64,000 nt of DNA from Puccinia triticina (Eukaryota). Shown piece by piece: positions 34,327 to 49,037 of the stretch; positions within the stretch are counted from its first letter, which is position 1; every line of letters begins with the position of its first letter. A program made the position numbers and the translations under genes. Under the pieces are notes generated by a model. It was not told the DNA's origin. It searched no databases and saw only the letters and a list, made by a program, of their open reading frames with translations. The stretch lies in contig CP110439.1 of NCBI GenBank assembly GCA_026914245.1, positions 372,001-436,000 of the forward strand. Direction: 5' to 3'.

Positions 34327-37300
34327 TTATTCAAGGCTACGCTTCTGCAAGATGTGCAATACTTCCCGGTGGTCGTTGAGCCATTCGGGGAACGTCTTCA
34401 TCCCATCATCAGCCGATTGAGGGTACGTCGACTTGGCATTACTCTTGGTCGGAGTCGTGCTCGTGTCTTCGGCTGGAGAGCTTGCCAGTTGGCGTTCCAG
34501 TAACCAGTTCGAAAACGCGATCAACGAGCCATACCTTCAACAGCCCCAGTCATCAGCTGGAAGACTAATAGAAACGCAGGGTGTGTTGGCTAACTGACCG
34601 ATATAGGTAATTGGTGGCTGCTGTAAGGATCTTGCGTTGTTTCTCACTGCCAGGCTCGGCAGCCTCGGCTCTAAGCTTGAAGTCATAGACTGCCTTCCGT
34701 CTGAAGAGGAGGGAAGACGGGTTTTGTTCTTCATCAATCCCCGTGACTCTCCAGCCCTTGAGACTACTAAGCGATACTCACAGGTTTTGAACCGAATCCA
34801 TCGCACTGAAGTGTCATTGATCGAGCAAAGAGTGTTGGATGCATCAGCTTCCAGTCCTCCTTTTTGTCGCAAGATTTCTGACAGGCTGAAGAAAAAAGAT
34901 GCGAACTCACTCGATTGCCCGATCTGTCAACTTTTTCGCTAAGCGGCCGTACGGAAGGACGCTGATCAAGCTCAAGATGATTTTATATTCGCCTGAATTT
35001 CCGATCATCAAGATCAGCTGATCAAGGTGATTCTCAAAACTACCGTAATGATGAAAATGTATATGGTTCACTGACCTTCCAGGTATGGGTTCACCTGCGG
35101 AACATCCCACGTGTCCCCACCAATTGAAAGAGTTGGCGAGTGCGGCGAACCCGGCGCGGGTGTCGACAGATCGGCTGAGGCAAGCGACGATATGCTCCCC
35201 GTCCGTTCAAGTCTCGTAGTCTTGTTCATTTTCAGGCTGTTGGCGACCAGCATGGCTGCCACCATCCCGGTCGTCGTTCGACCCCGGCCCATCTGACAAT
35301 TAAAGACCAGGTGGGCCGCCAGTTCCTCCTCTGGGATCGACTTCAAGGCCCGTGTCACTCGCTGTTCGAGTCTCGAGAAGACCCCTGGAATCGGCGCCTG
35401 TTCATCCGTCACTAGACAGTTCAGCAAATTCGTGTTAGCGTTTTTTTGATCACTCTCCACGATTTGCTATCCATGATCAGCTTACCGGGTAGACGGGCGT
35501 AGTCGACGAGGAAGCCTTCATCTTTCATCAGATTAAAGACTTCTCGGGGAGTCATGATCTGCTTCTGATCAACTATTTCCCACTAAATATTTAATTGTGG
35601 ACCCGTGTTAGATTGAGCGCCATCAGCAACTATTTCTTTTTTATGTTATCTTTGTGAACGAGACTGAGCTTACGACAGCAGTCACGATGAATTTGCCGTT
35701 CTCTTCCACTTCATCATGTAACAAGATTCTCCCACCACGATCAATGATTTCATTCAAGACGTCGTTCTTCAACGCATCTTCCATTCCTTCAACAGCCGCC
35801 GCAGCGACCCCGGTTGTCACCACATTTTCAAGCGGTTGATCGAACAATCTAAGCACATGGGGTCTACCCTGAACATATAATACTGGTTCCTCTATATGAA
35901 GTGTTATAAACAGCCCCAATTAGGACGGGATGTGAATCAGTCACCGTTTTACTGACAATCTCAACCGATTGTGAAGTTGCTGACCAGCTCAATGGCCAAA
36001 AATCACTCACCTCTCATTGACGTCCAATACACCATCCGTTTCATCGCACCCATCTTTTCCAAGCCACGCCGAAGGCCATCCACGGTAGGCATTCCAGAGC
36101 CGAAAATTGATTGATCGCCAGCTGCTTGTTGACCTTTAAGGCTTATGGGGACTTGCCTGTAGAGCCATGCACTTAAGCTCCGACATTCTTCCAGGTCGAG
36201 AGCAGTGATTGATTACCTTATATTAGGGAGCCCTTCCACCCTCATCGGAAGGGTCATCTTTTGCAAACCAACAAAGAAATCCGACTTCAAGATTGTCTGC
36301 GCTGATAAAATAATCCCCGACCGTCGAGCTACAACGGTCTGCTCCTCTTCGGTCCAATCTCCTCCATGGGAGGCAAAAGTACCGAGTTCTAAGGGAGTCA
36401 GCGCCTGGATCTCGGCGCCGTTCAATTCATCTAAGAGCGTCTTGAATACTGAGCCGTGGGATGTGGGGAACTGGTGGTCAATGACGGATCGCTGGCAGAA
36501 TATTTCAAAAACATAACTCTCTTCTAACCTTGGTGTTGCTGCCAGAAAGCTTCGAAAGATTTGTTATTCTGAAGTTCCCTCCAAGTGTCTGCTTTTGTTT
36601 CATTCAAGTAGCAAGCGAAGATCAACAAAAACTTCAAATGATAATGATCAGGGAAAGGCCCAATTGAAATCAGCATCCGTTGAAAAAAAGCTGCATTGAA
36701 ACCGTTGAAAATTTGGAAAGGACTTTACTGCGTATCGACGTAGCTGTTGCCGAAAACAAATATGAATCAGATTGAAGTGCGCAGAGTCTCTCTCCAGCTC
36801 GAAGAAACAAAAGACCAACGTTGGAAAGACCTTTTTTGGTCTTTTTCTCCTTAGCTGCCGAATCGTCACCACACTTCTCCGCATCCAGTCTACAAACTTC
36901 GATCGATTCGATCAAATCATACACGGCCGAGCATTTCTCGATAGCAGCATCTACTGCAGTCTTGATACCACGTCCATTCCTCATGACTCTAATCAAGTTG
37001 TTGATCGTCTGGTAGGACCATCTGCTTGGCTTGCGATTGTTGACTTCTGCAAACGCGAACTTGCCGCCGCCATGTGCCAACCATTGCTGAATTAATAGAA
37101 TACAAACACACGTTAGGGTAGATCTCCCTCTTCCCAATTGACAGTTCACGATAAACGGTGCGTCCGGTTCCGCATCTGAGACGATCCCGATCAAATCTTT
37201 GATGTCCTCGAAATCGGGAGCTTTTTCTGCTGTGATAGGTTGGCGTCTAAAGTCCAGCTTGCACACATCTGCAAGTGATTTCGATTTTTCGTCCATTAGC

Positions 37301-40300
37301 TCTCGCAATGTCTTCACTGCACTCTCCGTTGCCGTCTCCCACACCCCGATGACTGATCCGTCGTCGGTTTCTGTATGTAACAAGATTCTACCGTCAAAAG
37401 CCCGCAACTCCGCCAAACTTAAACAATAATCAAGAGTTGATTTTGTAAGCTATAGGTCCGGTCTTCTGTTATACTGAGGAAGAATAAACGTGATTGAAAT
37501 GACTTTTGACTAACATATCAGACTTCAATCGATCCTCGAGCAATTCAAGTCGAGGACTCGAAATTCCGCTGGTATAACCAAAAAAGCCGGGTCAGTGAAA
37601 CTGATTTTTTTAATCTTCAGAGCTGAATATACGTTTGGGGCCCATTGAGCAAAGGGACTTACGCATATGATTTCAGGTTTCGAAGTCCCACAGCCTCAAG
37701 CCTCAAAACATACGGGACTCCATTGATGTAAATTAGAGGTTCCTCACTGTCGAAAAAACAAGGGCAGCCTTTAGCAGACGTTGATTTTGCAGTTGATCGG
37801 AACGGCGACCATATGTGTTTTCGCTCACCGAAGATTGATCCAAGTAAGCCGTTGTGCATTTTTATGTTTTTTCCTCACGTCCTCGATCACTCGCTCGATT
37901 CCTTCTTGAGTGGGCTGAGAGAGCCCAAAGAGCGCTACGTCGGGCACTTTTCGGAAATTCAATGCGCCCGGAATCACTCTGTCATCATGATGGAATTGAG
38001 TGGGCCATTGATCGCTCTTTAATATCAATCCTGCCCTTAGAGTGATTCCTCGACGAGTCTTTATAAGTTGCAAGGGGAATTTACGATCAATACACAAGTT
38101 AACCAGTATGCCAATCTACCGTTGAGAGTCGAATCACTACAGCTTACGTCAACCACATGGTGAGCCCATTCCATCCCAACAACTTCGCCACCAGCCCGTT
38201 CCAAGTCATTGAAATTGAGCTTCATTTCTGCCGTAGTGGCCAATGTTCCCACATGACTTTTAGAGAGGGAAGTAAGGTCATGTAGAGGGGCGAAGATGTA
38301 TTGTCGAGAAGTCCGTCTGAGCCGAAGGATCATGTTCAAGATTTCGCTCCTAGTCTAGAAAACAAGAATGGGAATTGAGCACTTGACCTTGTCCTCTTTA
38401 AGCAATGAAACAGCTGGAGATTGGGACTAACTTTGAGCCACGGAGAGAATGTGTCTACAAAGCTCATGGGAGGCTCATTGCAGTAGCCTGCAAAAGCAAT
38501 CAGAAAGAAGTATCTTTCCAAACCTGAAAGTGCTTTTCGTAGGTAATGATTGCCTGATGTTTCATCAGGCGTAGCCGAGGATTGGTCGGTGGTAGCCGTA
38601 ATAGCAAATTTGATGCGATCTTCTAAGATCTCATCTCTAAGGTTAACCTATCAAAACATAAAAACGCCTCCTCAGCTTTCGAAACTCCTTGTCAAAGCTC
38701 CTTGGGTGTGAAGCACCCATAGGATGGAAGCTGAGTTTGAGGCTTACGACATCATCACCTGTTCTGACAAATCCCTTGATAAGCTCAGAGCTTTATTCTA
38801 TATGCCGGATGATGAAGAGAAATAAACTCAACAATGATCAACAACCATATCCACCAAGTCTTTTTCGAGATTTCCGCGGTCCAAGATAGACACTAAAGAC
38901 AACACGATATCGAACTCGCCCGATATGCCCTTCCTATTGCCGAGAGATGAGCTGTAAGCAGATGATCGAAATCAAAGAATGGATTGTGCAGCACTCAAAA
39001 GGGACTCGCCGTAGGTTCTCCAATAGGTTTGGCTGAGTGGTCAGCAGTTCCATGACTGAGTGTTGGCTGGCCGTCGGCAAAGCTAAGAATGACCAAAGAC
39101 ATTAGTGTTAGTCGATTCACTTTAGTTCAGGCACTTATCGGAGGAATGGAATAGGATCACGACCTACAGCGCTGCAAGAGCTGCATCAACCTTAGCAAGC
39201 TTCTCGTCCTGTGCTGCTGTTCACCAAGTATTGTGAGGGCCTTGATAGCCTTAAACCCCGGACCGAAGCTTCCACCCTCGGGAAGGGGTGACGGGCAGTT
39301 GTCCATATGCGTTTCCCCAGGAGCCTGAGCACTTTCCAACCCAAATAAGTCCTCCCCACCCTCTTTGATAACCTGTCTGCGACGCATGATGATTGCGGCC
39401 GACATAGCAAATGTGGTCCGGACAAGTCCCATCCCACAATTAAAGATCAAATTGGTGGATGTGGGTATAGTGCGAAGAATGGCTACATATCGATCAAGAT
39501 AGGAATCTTCGGGAGCCTGATCATTTGCGATTGGGATTCTGTAGTACTAGTGGCCAAAAAATGAAATGTTTTTGGGTGATTTTGATTAATTCAATAAGCC
39601 ATCAGGCTAGTAGAAACAGCACAGGGAAAACACCGATTTTACCTCGACATGATAACCCTCAGACTTGACTTCCTCCCACATCTCCCGAGTCGTTTTGACG
39701 TCGTCAGCCGTAATCCAAGTAGGTAAAATATCACCTTCCACTAAGACATTGTGAGCAGTCAACTAAAGCTGTCCGCATCGTATTGAAAAGCTTGGACATG
39801 AAGATCGAACCTGTTTCATCATGAACTAAAACTAAGCCACCATATTTCTGAGATTCTTTGATAATGTCTGTTTTCAATCTGGCAAAACGAAGGGGGGAAA
39901 ATCATTAACTGCTCGAAGTTCGGCGCCCGCATACTCAGAGTATGACAATCACCTCAGCTCGATGGCTTCGATGTTATCGGCATTTTCACTGCTCGTGACG
40001 CATTGAGTTGGCTTCACAGAGTCCCGCAAAACAAATGGTCTAGCAGACATGTAAATTACTGGTTCCTCCCGAGTACCTTGGTTATAAAAGAAAAAAACAT
40101 ACATGCTACATGTTAGATTGATTGAGATATTGGGACTCAACGATCTAAAGCAAAAAAAAAGTCTCAATCGGCACTTACAGAACCACACAGATTTCTTTCT
40201 CCCGGCTGGGTGTGATTTAAGGAAGGCCAAGACGGTTTTAATTCCAGCTAAGGTGGGCTGAGCAGTCTGAGAGGAAGGGCATAGTTTGTTAACCTTCGAC

Positions 40301-40856
40301 TGGGAAAACCGTATGTACCAAAATGTCCGGGAAGAGAACCACGATGCATTCTAACTCAAAAGACAGGGCAGGGTTTCTGAAAGACGCACTCCGAAAATAT
40401 TGTATGAAGCCGATCGAAAGTTTGGGGCGCCTTGCAAATGATGGGTTAAGGACTGGGCCCGACCTGCGAAGGGAGAGTAAGTTAGCAGTGAAAAGAATAG
40501 GGCAAAGCAGGAGAGTCAGGACTTGAAATGGATGAAGACAGACCAGAGGCAAAATAATCGGTCTTGAGTAGTGAGCCACGATTGAGAACTGAGCCCTGAC
40601 GAGACTTGACGACGCCATTAGCTATGTTGTGGAAGTGGAGTCGATCGGGGACAGCGGAACTTGAGAAGGTAGAACTGAAAGGCTGGTAGGATTGGGGTAG
40701 CTGGTTAGATGCGAGATGGCTGATCGAGGCTCGGGACGAGGAGGTCCTGGGATGGTGGGTCTGGGTCTTTGGAGGAATTGAGCCTGTGGGTCGAGAGTTC
40801 TTCCCGGTCGAATGAGTCGTCGATCTCATTGGAAGAGATTCGGGGATGTTTGCCAT
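34327..40856 (-). CDS. Paladin-like protein with three PTP-like (inositol-hexakisphosphate/phytase-like) domains, many exons
   Basis: Three repeats with REEPV/LIYI, RxPI and CX5R loops FNCGMGLVRTT, VNCQLGRGRST and FNCQMGRGRTTTG. Also ERYFFLIAFAGY and GALNFR. Confidence 0.88.
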
Positions 40857-41562
40857 CGTGAACGTTCGCTCAAAGCAGAGGGCAATCGATGTGTGTGCTC
40901 TATGATGTCTTCGGAATCAAGTTATTCTGGCGATGGTTCCGCTGCAATTGCTGATTTGAATCTAATAAAAAGAATAATGCCAGCGTGTCAGTTTGTCATC
41001 AGAGAACGCAAGGACGCAGCAATAGGAACGAGGAAGCAACATACTTGGTAGTTTGCCTTTGGTTGAGTCTGGTCACTCAGGAGTGGTAAACCCTCAACCG
41101 ACAATGACGTCATACCGCCCAAAACCCCGACACTTGGAGCTAGAGCGGTGCTCCACCGGAACACCCTGCAAGGAGAAAATCATTCCCCCTTGAACGAGAT
41201 TTCTCTGCGTGAAATACCAAAAAAAGTCAATGATGAAATATCAGGCAGAGTCTATATTTGCATCGATTTTACACCCAACATCATCCTTGATCCAGGTTAG
41301 AAGGAACTTGTTGGCCCGTGTGGAAGGGAAGACCCAATATATTTTGAGTGTGTGACAGAGAAAGGGATGCATCACAATAACATTCTTCTCCCAGAAAGTT
41401 TTGCTTTCGGAGTATGTTTACATGTTGAAAGTTCAAAATAATATAAAAACAAAGATCTCGAAAAAAAAAATCAATTAGATAAACCTTTGCTCGAAAAGCA
41501 AACTGGCTACAAATAGTTTAGACGGATGATATAATAACACCATAAAAAAAACAGGGGGGGAT

Positions 41563-44500
41563 CTAACTCCTATCGCGTAACCAGCTCAAAATATTCACAT
41601 CACCACCAACACAATCGTAAACTTTTCTGAGAGGGAACCGGAACAAGTTACGGGCGACGGCCAAGCGTTTCGTTGGCAAGAACCCCAAACAAGGCGGTAA
41701 CTGCACACATCAACTCACATCAGTTAGATCAGGACCTCATCCTTTTTTTTTGCTGAATCGAAGGAGCGGAAAGAGGACTCAACTTGGCCAATCGAATTGT
41801 CAGACAGCCCGATCTCCTCTAGGAAGTTGAATTGAACATGATCTTTAATATCCTCAGCTGCTATAGCCCCGGGTTTTTCCTTAGAAGGCCCAGAAATGCT
41901 GTCGAGAATCTCGGTAGAGATCTGGATGAGGTCGTCAATCTGTGAGATCCGATTGCCGTCGAGCAAGAGTTTCTCCAGTCGGAAGTGTGGCGTGCTAGCA
42001 TCGCCCGAAGGATGCCCGGGGATCTGGTGGAGCTTGAAGAGCTCGTAGAGGCCATCGAGGCTCTCGAATTGGTTGAGACTGAGGTCCAGGGTTTTCAGCT
42101 TGAAAGCTTCGAAGCCTTCGATGATTAACCTGATGATCGGGCGAGGGGACCCAGAGAGGAAGTTCGAAGCCAGGTTTAACTCGACCAGCTCTGGGAGCTT
42201 GATCCCCATCAGCGAGCAGACATGGCTATCGAAAGTGTCCGAAGATGAGTTCGACAGCCGGTTCCTCGATAAATTCAACACTGTCAACGTCGCCCCAAAT
42301 TGGGCCATGATCCCCCTCGGGAAACTGCTCAGTTGATTGTGGGATAGGTTCACTAATTCGACATCGATCTTCAGAGCCGACCCGTTGTAGTCCATAGAAT
42401 CTTCTGACAGCTCGGTCAGTTGAAGCGAACTCATGTTGAGTGAAGACGTCTTTGGGCTGTGGTGTTTGAGCAACATCGTTTCAATCGGTTTCGGCGCAAT
42501 GTCAATTCGTTTTGAGGATGATGACGATGATTTTCCCGTTCTTGCGTCTTTAATTTCTTCCGGCGACGATTTCGACTCTTCATCTTCCGGTAAAGGCTTC
42601 TCTATCCCTACCACCGCACCAGGAGCGCTGTCAGCGGGCTCGACAAGTTTCGGACTGGATTGAGCGGTCATCATCTTGACTTTCCGACGCCGTCTAGCCT
42701 CATCGCGTAGGAAGTTATTACCGATCATCACTTTCACCTCTCCCGGCCCCTGTCCATGGTGGATGACGACCTTGACCAATTCTCGAGGCAATCCCTCATA
42801 GTCAAGCCTTGGCAGACGGGGGCAATGTCGATCAAAGAAAGACTCCAGGGGTTCTAAAGAATCAATCGCGTTGTGAGACAAATCAAGCTCAGCCAAGTGT
42901 TCGAACAGGCCATTTTTTTCGTTATCTAGCTGGTCGTAATCTCCTTCTAAATCAAACCAAAAGATCCTATCCGAGAGCCCGCATCCACAAAGGTTCAGTT
43001 TGGTAAGTTTCTGGAGGTTTCTGAGGTGACTCGAGACATCGATACAATCTCCTAGTAGGTTCCTGGACAAGTCCAGCTCCATAACGTTCCTCGGTAGCTG
43101 AACGCTATCCGGTCCAAATAAGCTACTGGTGTTGAATTTATTGCCGCTCAATCTGAGCTTCTGAAGATTAGGAAATGGCTGGACATCTGCTCTGGCAGTC
43201 GCAGCTCCTTCTTCGTGCATGAGGGAACGATCAGATTTGTTTGGGTATGACTTTGATGGTGAGGAAGGGAATTGGTCGCAAAACTTCTCACGCTCAAAAC
43301 TTGATTCAGTAATTATACTAGGCTGGTCCGTACTATTGAAGCTCTCGTCCATGCTGTTAAAGCTTTGGTCGCCCCCCAAGAATTCATTTCTGATCGGTGG
43401 AGGCTTGACTGCATTGGCCAATTGTTTCTTTAGGGTGGGTTGCCAGTCTAGCGGCCAGAGTCGAGTGAGCTGGTTCTTGGAGAGATTGAGCTCTTTCAGG
43501 TTGACGAGAGAAAGGATCGGAACTGGGAACTGGCCAAGTTGGTTGGACGACAAGTCTAAGAGTGTTAGATTAGTCAATAGTCCAAATGTGGATGGTAGGC
43601 CAGTCAGCTGGTTGCAATGGAGATCACAGTTTGTCAAAGCCTCGAAACCTCCGAATTCGTCGTCAAGTTCTATGAGCTCGTTGAGGGACATGTTGAGGTG
43701 GATCAAGTCGACAGTCTCGTACCACGCCACACCACTCGTGACTCTCTCCTCATCGTCGAAGGAAAACTTAAGATCGACTTTCTCCGACTGCTTGGGATCA
43801 GATGTGTTCGAAGGTCGGTTGGATGGATGAAAAATCGAAGTGTGAGATAATAATTTGTCGTAAACTTCAGCCGGGACTTTCGAGAGCATCCTTGAGGCGA
43901 CATTTAATTTGCCTGTGTTGTGTGTGAAAGGTGAGATGAGGGTCAGAAGAAGGTATTATGTATCTCCACAAGTCAGTCAAAGATTAACATGCCAGTTTTT
44001 TGAGCTTTTTCAACGGCTTTTTCAATTGGCTGGAATCCCCATGGATCTAGGGCCTCAGTCTGACCGGCGACTGAAGGAAGGGCAGGAACTGAATTGCGAT
44101 CAGGCGAGTTTGGAGCGGTTGGAGGTTTCGGACGGCTTCGCTTAGCTTTGGCCAACATTTCACGAAATGCTTGCGATGACTTGGCAGAGGTTTTCGGGCT
44201 TGGTTCATGCGTTACATCAAGGTTTGAGCCTGTTGCAGTTCCCCTATTCGCTGCGGGCTGTGATTTGTTCAGTGAGCTGGAAGCACGGGAGAGTGAGGGT
44301 GTAGATGAGTTGATGGAACGCGGCTTGGATGGGGTCGTTGATGAGGTTAGCTTTGAGGGAGTGATCAAGGACGACTTGGATGTAGTGGCCCTTAATTTTG
44401 GAATCGATTTTGTAGGTGTGAGAGTTGATGAATGTGATGATTTAGTAGTCCTTGATAGTTGGACTGGTATGACTGGGGCGTTAGTGATGATTTTTGATGA

Positions 44501-45870
44501 TTTGGCAGTCTTATCAGAAGGACGAACTGAGGAGGTCGAGGAAGAAACGGAGGATAGAGATTTCGCCAATGATGATTTACTCGTAATCGATGCTGTGGAA
44601 AGAAACACATCAAGTAAGCTAGTGTAAAATGCGAAATCGGTGGAGGCGGTATCTTGAGAGATTTGGAGACAGACCACTTGGTTGATGGATGGAATTTGGT
44701 ATTTTGGTACGAGGGGGGATAACGTTAGATGAGTTGCCATGAGGGAGGTTCGAGCGGATCGATAGTGGATTTGGTCTGAGTGATGGGATATTCGAGGAGG
44801 ATAAAGTGGAAGAAACGCTCTTGCCCTTGGAGGGCTGACCAGTCGATGCAATCCTTGAAATTTTACTGGAATTAGTGGGAGGTCGAATAGAATTCTGACT
44901 GAGTGGCTTTTTTGAGGTTAACTGATTATTATGGGGTAAGATTGGTTGATGTTCGATTGGGGTCTTGATGGATTTGTTTCCCAAGTTGTCGGTCCCAGTC
45001 GAGTCGAAGCCACTTGATGGCTTGTCTGTAGTCAGAATAGCTTTGATGGTCAATTTAGCTGTACTGATGTTTGGTTTTCTTCCAGTGAATTATCATGTGC
45101 TCACCCTCATTCAATTCATGGCTATAAGCAAGTGGGGGATCGACTGGAGTGATACTCAGGCGATCAACTGGCGCTTCGAGTTCATCCATGGCTTCTATTT
45201 CGTATAGTGGTTCGGTTTCAATCAGTAATTGATCTTCGATTGAAACTTCCGGCTCGGCCAGCAGATCTGCTTCAGAAAACGGTTCGATTGAGGGGGCTTC
45301 TAAGTTTGAGGGGGCAGTTTCGGCTAGCAGCTCATCTTCAACCGTCAACAGGGCTGCTGGACCGGCCATTAGTTCGGATCCGTGCAATGATTCAGCTTGA
45401 TTTTTCAGCTCAAACCTGTTTTGCAGGGTTGTATCATTCGGCGGTTGCTCTTGTCCAGATTCGCTTTCCAGTTCATCTTCCATCGACGGTTCTCCCAGCT
45501 CATCTTCCATCGACGGTTCTCCTAGCTCATCTTCCATCGACTGTTCTCCTAGCTCATCCTCCATCGATGGTTCAGCTGTGATGAGTGATGCTTCCGCTTG
45601 GCTTGCCAGCTTATCGTCGGTCGTACGTTCAGAATCAGGTGGAGATGTATTTCTTTCGGCCAATGAAGCTGCTTCAGTCATTGATGATATTTGTTCAATC
45701 GATATGTCAACATCAGCTAGGGAGGAAGCTTCGGACAGTGTTGTGAGTGAAGCCAAGGGATGGAGTCGGCTTTCGGATTGAGCCTCGTTAGTGGGGTCTG
45801 GTTGAGATGGTTCTGTCTGCGTGGTTGTTCGGTTTGGTTCTTCTTGTGATGATGATAGCAGTCCGTCCAT
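41563..45870 (-). CDS. Leucine-rich repeat protein with long acidic/Ser-rich disordered N-terminus
   Basis: Many LxxLxLxxNxL repeats in ORF 41724-43889. Upstream exons joined through short introns (one apparently GC-AG near 43990-43913). Last exon LPPCLGFLP...NLFRFP...ILSWLRDRS*. Confidence 0.85.
45470..45573 (-). repeat. Coding 27-bp tandem repeat x4 (EPSMEDELG)
   Basis: TCATCTTCCATCGACGGTTCTCC units, translated repeats visible in ORF 45055-45963. Confidence 0.9.
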
Positions 45871-46014
45871 CTTGAAGTGTCGTGCTCGAAACTTGGAAGG
45901 GAAATGGTCGAGTTGAAGCAAGGAGCTGCCCTGGATTACGTCACTTTTACCGCACATTTGCATGTGTCAGTTTATGCAATATCACATCCCTTCGTCAGCG
46001 ACATCTAGGAAATA

Positions 46015-46471
46015 CAGCCATTCCGAAAAAGCTTGGCTTTGTTGGAAGGAATTTCCACCCAAACTTTGTCTTGGATTTGCCAATAATCACTGGCAAGGTT
46101 GGACATATGTATATTCATGCCCACCTCATTCTTATATGCAGGATGCATATACAGCAGCCAGATGCCCTCAATCATCTCTTTCCTTTCATTTTTTCTTAAT
46201 TCTGAGTTCAGAATCAAGCAATTTGGCTGATTTTACCCTGGATGGCACATTGATCCTGTTCGCGAGGTTGGATGGTGCTGGTCCTAGCGGCCGGCGTGTT
46301 TTTTTTCCGCTACCGAACGGCTTGATTGGTGGGATCCTGCAAGCGACTGCGCTCGCAGGTCTGGATATCATGTGTCCAACCTTGATGTTGGATGCACATA
46401 CATTGGCAAATCCAGAAGGAATTTCCAGCGGAAATTCCTTCCAAAGAAGCCAAGCTTTTTCGGAATGGCTG
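46015..46471. mobile_element. Tc1/mariner-type MITE in the divergent LRR/SDE2 intergenic region
   Basis: TIR CAGCCATTCCGAAAAAGCTTGGCTT ... AAGCCAAGCTTTTTCGGAATGGCTG, extending imperfectly inward. TA on both sides. Confidence 0.9.
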
Positions 46472-47076
46472 TAGCTTCTCCGCTGTTGGGGAGGGAAAAT
46501 ATATACGGCAGTGGCTCCACAAGGGAATTATTTCAGATCAAGAGGTACTTTGGACAACCTCCGTGGTTTCATAACTTTCCCGGCGGAAAAATTGAACTCT
46601 TCAGACCTTCAGACTTCACTGCCAAAATTAAGTTCGGAAATTCTCAATATGTTGCCTGATCTGGCCGTATAAGTAGTTGGATTGTGAATGTGGGGGGACT
46701 CATAGTTGGCCAGGTGCAACTTTCATGCACTTTTGACTGGCAAAGAAATACTCCAGCAAGCCTGGGGTGGGGGGGTGAAGTAGAATGTGGCTTACATGCA
46801 ATTTTTCGACTCAGTGTTCAATAACAGACGTGGACACTGATTTACAAATGTGCATGTCAGTTGGTCAACTTTGAATCCCCCCTTGGACTTTGCTTTGAAT
46901 TTTCGAAAAGTTGTTGTGCGGTGACTGCGCGGGGTCAGTCCGAGTCGGGTGCATGCCCCCGGGGACCCCTGCGAGGCCCCGATCAGCTCAGACTCGCAGC
47001 CCGCTCCTGGTTCAGGCAATACCGGCTGTACCATCCGAAGGCCCCAACAACTCTCATCATTATCATTCGACCCATC

Positions 47077-48194
47077 ATGCCTTCCTCATCATCAATCAGC
47101 GTACTCGTATCCACCTTCCATCCATTCCCAACTCTCTCATTTTCTCTTCCAAAGACGACACCGATATCCAAGCTACCATCCATCTTAAACCCGATCCTCC
47201 CCTTACCCCACCAATCTCTCTCGACCAGTAACGGGAAATCCATCACTAATCAAACCACAGGATCTTTATCATCTCTTCTCTCTCAAGATGACCAAGCTGC
47301 GCTCTTGTGTTTCAGACTTGTCCCTAAAGTCTTGGGTGGAAAGGGGGGTTTCGGTAGTCAGCTGAGAGCCGCTGGCGGTAGGATGAGTTCACAAAAAGTA
47401 CGCCTCTCTTCTTTTCTCTGAGCATTATTGCCGTCCATGCACTCAAATTTCGTTTACTGAGCGAGCTGTTTGGTTTTTTTTGTCGTTAATAGACTCAAAA
47501 TAATGATTCGTGTCGAGATCTAAGTGGGAGAAGACTTTCGACAATCAAAGAAGCTCAAAAGTATGTTGTATTGAACTGTCTGCATGCGCTCCGATTCTCG
47601 CCGACAAATAAAGAATGAACTGCTAACAATTACATTCCTTTTCTGCATAAAAAAAAAAGACTCGCAGCAGCGATAGCCGCAGAGCCGGAGCGTCAACTAG
47701 CCAAGCGAAAGGAAGCTGAGGAGAGGCTAGAAGGCCTCAAAAAAGAGATCGAAAGACTGGACAATCTAGTGAATGGGACGGATGAGATGAATCTCAAGAA
47801 ACGAAGATTGAACGATAGCCATCTACTCACCCAGTCCAAGGAAGGCATCGAGAAAGTGCGAAACGCGACCTCGTTGGCGATGCTCAAGAAGAAGAAGAAG
47901 TTACAGCAAGAGCGAAAAAAGACGACCGGGAAACCCACGCTCTCCAGTTCGGCGATTGCGGAAGAAGAGGAAAGCCAAGTCGCCCCAGTCGAACCCCAAT
48001 CCAGCACTGAACCAACTTCCCCACTCAATCTTGAAGATCAACGCGCCAAATCAACCAAACTCCAACTTCCAGTCTCCGAAGCCTCCTCACCCGCCAACGT
48101 GGACGGGCCAGCTCAACAGTCGGCCCCGTCTCCACCTCTCGCCATTACCCCCTCTTCACCTAGCAAAGTCGGCCAAGCGGACTGCCAGTCATAG
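47077..48194 (+). CDS. SDE2: Sde2 splicing/silencing factor (ubiquitin-fold precursor)
   Basis: VLGGKGGFGSQLRAAGGRMSSQK|TQNNDSCRDLSGRRLSTIKEAQK. Two introns, basic and Pro/Ser-rich tail. Confidence 0.92.
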
Positions 48195-49037
48195 CAACAA
48201 AACCCATGAGAAGCGATCTATTTCAATGAGATGGTTTCACTGACCGCACTACTGCTCAACCACTGCTCACATGGAGCGGCTTATTAATTTTTCCTGATTG
48301 TGTATAGAGCTCTCTAGCTTTCTTGTATTTCTACCTTCTACTCGCTTTCCTTATTTCCTCATACCTCAATCTAACACAGAAATGCGCCAAGCAAATGATC
48401 AGGTCAAACCTATATCTTCATGGATGTCACAGCTTTCGAGGTGTGTGGTAGGCTTTACCCTACTCGCTCACGCCTTTAACTGGGCTCCGAAGAGCTCATT
48501 TCACTTGAGTTCAAGTGTAAGTGGAGGGCAGTAGAAATACCACACAGCTCGTCCTGATCTGGTCGGTATCTCGAAATCAGAGTCCGCAAGGGAAGCTCGA
48601 CATTTGAAGCCATGTCTACGTGCTGGACAATCTTTGAAATTAAATTCTGGTATGGCTTGCTCTGAAGTCGAAGATCTTTTGCTCTAGTGGTTAACATTTG
48701 ATTTTTTGCAAGTTGGCTTATGCTGTATGCAACAGTACACAAAGATAACTATGTGAATCGAAAGATGCGAGTTGCTGAATTTTGTATGAGTTGATTCTTT
48801 TGATACATCTTCCTGCGATAATCAAATGTTTTGATCACTTTGAAAGATTATTACATCTCAGATGACGCTAATGAATGTCACAACAATATAATAATAACAA
48901 CAATGTGGATATGGACCAACGCAAGAAAAAGATTTGCAAGTTAAATTAAGCGTTCGTATGTGCAGGAGAAAAAAAATTGATGAGAAGAGTCCACGAAATG
49001 AAAGGCGGTAAGGAGTGCCAATAGGGAACCGATCGAG

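Noticed and set aside
32754..34334. Long ORFs with KRKEK or FFSFL repeats (32754-34319 +, 33509-34300 +, 33750-34334 -)
   Set aside because: Artefacts of the stop-free (AGAAA)n tract and of antisense reading of GC-rich DIS3.
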